A stretch of 26,669 nt of DNA. It comes from Elusimicrobiota bacterium. GTDB lineage: Bacteria > CG03 > SLGR01 > JAGXOG01. A model generated the notes under the pieces. The model saw only the letters and a list, made by a program, of their open reading frames with translations, was not told the origin of the DNA and made no database searches. Of this stretch, positions 24,527-26,669 are shown one piece after another (the first letter of the stretch is position 1; every line of letters starts with the position of its first letter). The stretch is taken from assembly GCA_051745145.1 (NCBI GenBank), contig JBNJDT010000018.1, forward strand, positions 1-26,669. Direction: 5' to 3'. The position numbers and the translations under genes are program-made.

Positions 24527-26669
24527 ATGAAAAAACAGAAAATACTAAAAAGTCTTCCAAAAGTTTTTCTCGCAGCTCTGATACTGCCGGGACTTTATAT
24601 TATGGCCGAAGTTAATTACTTACTGTTTCATTCTCTTGTAGAGATATTCAGTGTGGGGGTGGCTTTAACTTTATTTATTATTGTCTATAATTCCAGGCTG
24701 GATAGAGAGGGAACCGGTTACCTTATTTTACTGGGTGTAGCTTACCTGTTTGTGGGATTAACCGATCTTATGCATACGCTGGCTTATTCGGGGATGGGAA
24801 TTATGGAGGAAGGAGGGGGAGATTTAGCCACCCAACTCTGGATCGGGGGGCGGTACCTGGAAGTATTTTCTCTTATGGGGGCATTTATCGTTTATAAGAA
24901 AAAAGTAATATGTAAAAACGTCAATTACCTTTTAGCATTTTATTCTTTTATATTTACTCTTTTAATGCTTTCAATATTTTGGTGGGATATATTTCCGGTC
25001 TGCTTTGTAGAAGGTTCCGGTCTTACAGATTTTAAGATTATGAGTGAATATTTTATCGTAGGGCTACTTTTAATATTAATTGCTCTGGTTTATAAAAACA
25101 GAGATGATTTTATTAAAGGTAATGATAAATTAATTTTAAAAATAGTAGTATTTACTGTCTTATCCGAGATGGCTTTTACTTTTTATGTGGGGGTTTATGA
25201 TATTTCAAATTTTGCAGGTCATATATTTAAATTACTTTCATTTTACTATGTCTATAAATTTGTCGTTAAAAATCTAATAAAAGAGCCCCAGGATTTGCTT
25301 TACAGCGAACTTAAAAGGAGCAGGGAAAGATACAGGGACATTGTAGAAGATATGCCGGCGTTAATGTGCAGATTTAAACCGGACGGGACATTGACTTTTG
25401 TAAATGAAGCTTATGCGGATTACTTTAATACGGACAGAGAAAAGTTGACCGGCAGCAATTTTCTGGAATTTTTACCGGAAGAAGAGAAAAAGGAAGCGAA
25501 AGAAAGGTTAAAAACACTGACTGAAGAGGAACCTGTAACTACTTACGAACATAAAGTAAAAAAGACAAAATCATCAAAATCTCACCGGTGGCAGAGGTGG
25601 ACCGACAGAGCCTTATTTGACGAAGAAGGAAAAGTGACCGAGTACCAGAGCATCGGCCGGGATATAACAGAGTCTAAAGAGGCCGAAAAGAAACTGAAGA
25701 GAAGTGAAAAAAAATTCCGGAGCATATTTGAAAATTCGCCGATAGGTAAAGAGATATACGATTCCTCGGGACGGTTGATACAGGTAAATAAGGCCTGTCT
25801 GGATATATTCGGCGCATCCGACTTTTCTGAAATAGAAAATTTTAAACTTTTTGAAGATCCCAATTTGCCAAAAGAAGCTAAAGCGGAGTTAAAACAGGGG
25901 GAGCCGGTAAGATATCAGACTGAATTTGATTTTAAAAAGGTTAAAGAACACGATTTGTATGAAACTTCCAGAGAAGGACAGATTTATGTAGACGTACAGG
26001 TTACTCCGATTGCTATTGAAGAAAAAATAGACAGATACCTGGTACACGTCACTGATATAACCAATATTAAAGAAGCCCAGAAAAAAATAGAAGAAAAAGA
26101 GAAAAAATTCCGGCAATTGTTTAATAATGTAAATGATGCGATATACCTTCATAAATTAACCGCAGAGGGGATGCCGGGCAGCTTTATAGAAGTAAATGAT
26201 ACTGCGGTAGATATGCTGGGGTATAAAAAAGAAGAGTTTTTAAAAATGTCGCCCAGACAGATTGACGCCGGTGAAAAAAGCGGAAAGTTACCTGAAATAA
26301 TGGAGGATATGCTAAAAAAAGGTTCCAAAAAATTTGAAATGAAGCACCGGACTAAGAGCGGTAATATTATCCCCGTTGAGATACATTCCTATATTTTAAA
26401 ATTAGAAGGGAAGAAAAGAGTTCTGTCAGTAGCCAGAGATATTTCCGACAGAGTGGAAAAAGAAAGAAAATTAAAAGAGCTCAATGAGTATTTGAAGAAA
26501 ATTTTTGACAACGCCAACATGTGGATAAATGTATTAGATAAAGAAGAGAAGGTCGTTATATGGAACCGGGCGGCCGAAGAGATATCCGGTTATTCTGAAG
26601 AAGAGGTTAAAGGGAACGATAAAATATGGGAATTACTTTACCCCGAAAAAGCATACCGGGAAAAGGTAT
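24527..26669 (+). CDS. Membrane sensor protein with MASE3 domain and at least four PAS domains (3' end outside window; output domain not visible)
   Basis: Frame open from ATG 24527 towards the window end by manual translation. MASE3-like motifs: YLLFHSLVEIFS, DLMHTLAYSGMG, ATQLWIGGRY, FP.CFVEG.GLT.FK..SEY, SE.AFT.Y and GH.FK. PAS repeats begin RYRDIVEDMP, KFRSIFENSP, KFRQLFNNVNDA and LKKIFDNANMW, with DIT/DIS linkers. Not in the ORF track. Confidence 0.9.
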   Translation, partial: MKKQKILKSLPKVFLAALILPGLYIMAEVNYLLFHSLVEIFSVGVALTLFIIVYNSRLDREGTGYLILLGVAYLFVGLTDLMHTLAYSGMGIMEEGGGDLATQLWIGGRYLEVFSLMGAFIVYKKKVICKNVNYLLAFYSFIFTLLMLSIFWWDIFPVCFVEGSGLTDFKIMSEYFIVGLLLILIALVYKNRDDFIKGNDKLILKIVVFTVLSEMAFTFYVGVYDISNFAGHIFKLLSFYYVYKFVVKNLIKEPQDLLYSELKRSRERYRDIVEDMPALMCRFKPDGTLTFVNEAYADYFNTDREKLTGSNFLEFLPEEEKKEAKERLKTLTEEEPVTTYEHKVKKTKSSKSHRWQRWTDRALFDEEGKVTEYQSIGRDITESKEAEKKLKRSEKKFRSIFENSPIGKEIYDSSGRLIQVNKACLDIFGASDFSEIENFKLFEDPNLPKEAKAELKQGEPVRYQTEFDFKKVKEHDLYETSREGQIYVDVQVTPIAIEEKIDRYLVHVTDITNIKEAQKKIEEKEKKFRQLFNNVNDAIYLHKLTAEGMPGSFIEVNDTAVDMLGYKKEEFLKMSPRQIDAGEKSGKLPEIMEDMLKKGSKKFEMKHRTKSGNIIPVEIHSYILKLEGKKRVLSVARDISDRVEKERKLKELNEYLKKIFDNANMWINVLDKEEKVVIWNRAAEEISGYSEEEVKGNDKIWELLYPEKAYREKV

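Noticed and set aside
282..26152. All minus-strand ORFs in the track, and the + strand 16591..16776 ORF
   Set aside because: They are short shadows overlapping well-supported + strand genes or tRNAs, with no recognisable motifs.

Overview
AT-rich bacterial chromosome segment with every credible gene on the + strand. Bases 1-7616 are the tail of a glycan-modification locus: partial GT4, alkaline-phosphatase-superfamily protein, SAM methyltransferase, stand-alone ExeA-type ATPase, DegT aminotransferase, radical SAM/SPASM protein, GT4 and WbqC. Next come tRNA-Lys(CTT), tRNA-Leu(TAG), tig-clpP-clpX-lon-serA, tRNA-Lys(TTT) and a DUF2061-like gene. These are followed by rpmE-prfA-prmC-murA, a reduced his operon (hisD-C-B-A-I), a divergent thiE, a single-domain response regulator and a MASE3 plus multi-PAS sensor that runs off the end (absent from the ORF track). 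No mobile element or CRISPR array is evident. The most notable unexplained signals are: (1) a ~130-nt GC-rich RNA-like element at 23908-24038, built from two homologous stems with compensatory changes and two interleaved pseudoknot pairings, upstream of the response regulator; (2) strong window-wide over-representation of CCGG; (3) serA taking its stop codon from inside a tRNA gene; (4) a UAG/terminator/RBS arrangement between rpmE and prfA that could give RF1 feedback; (5) a GC island between two tRNAs that resembles rRNA fragments and a tRNA 3' end. All family calls are by motif recognition; no searches were run.
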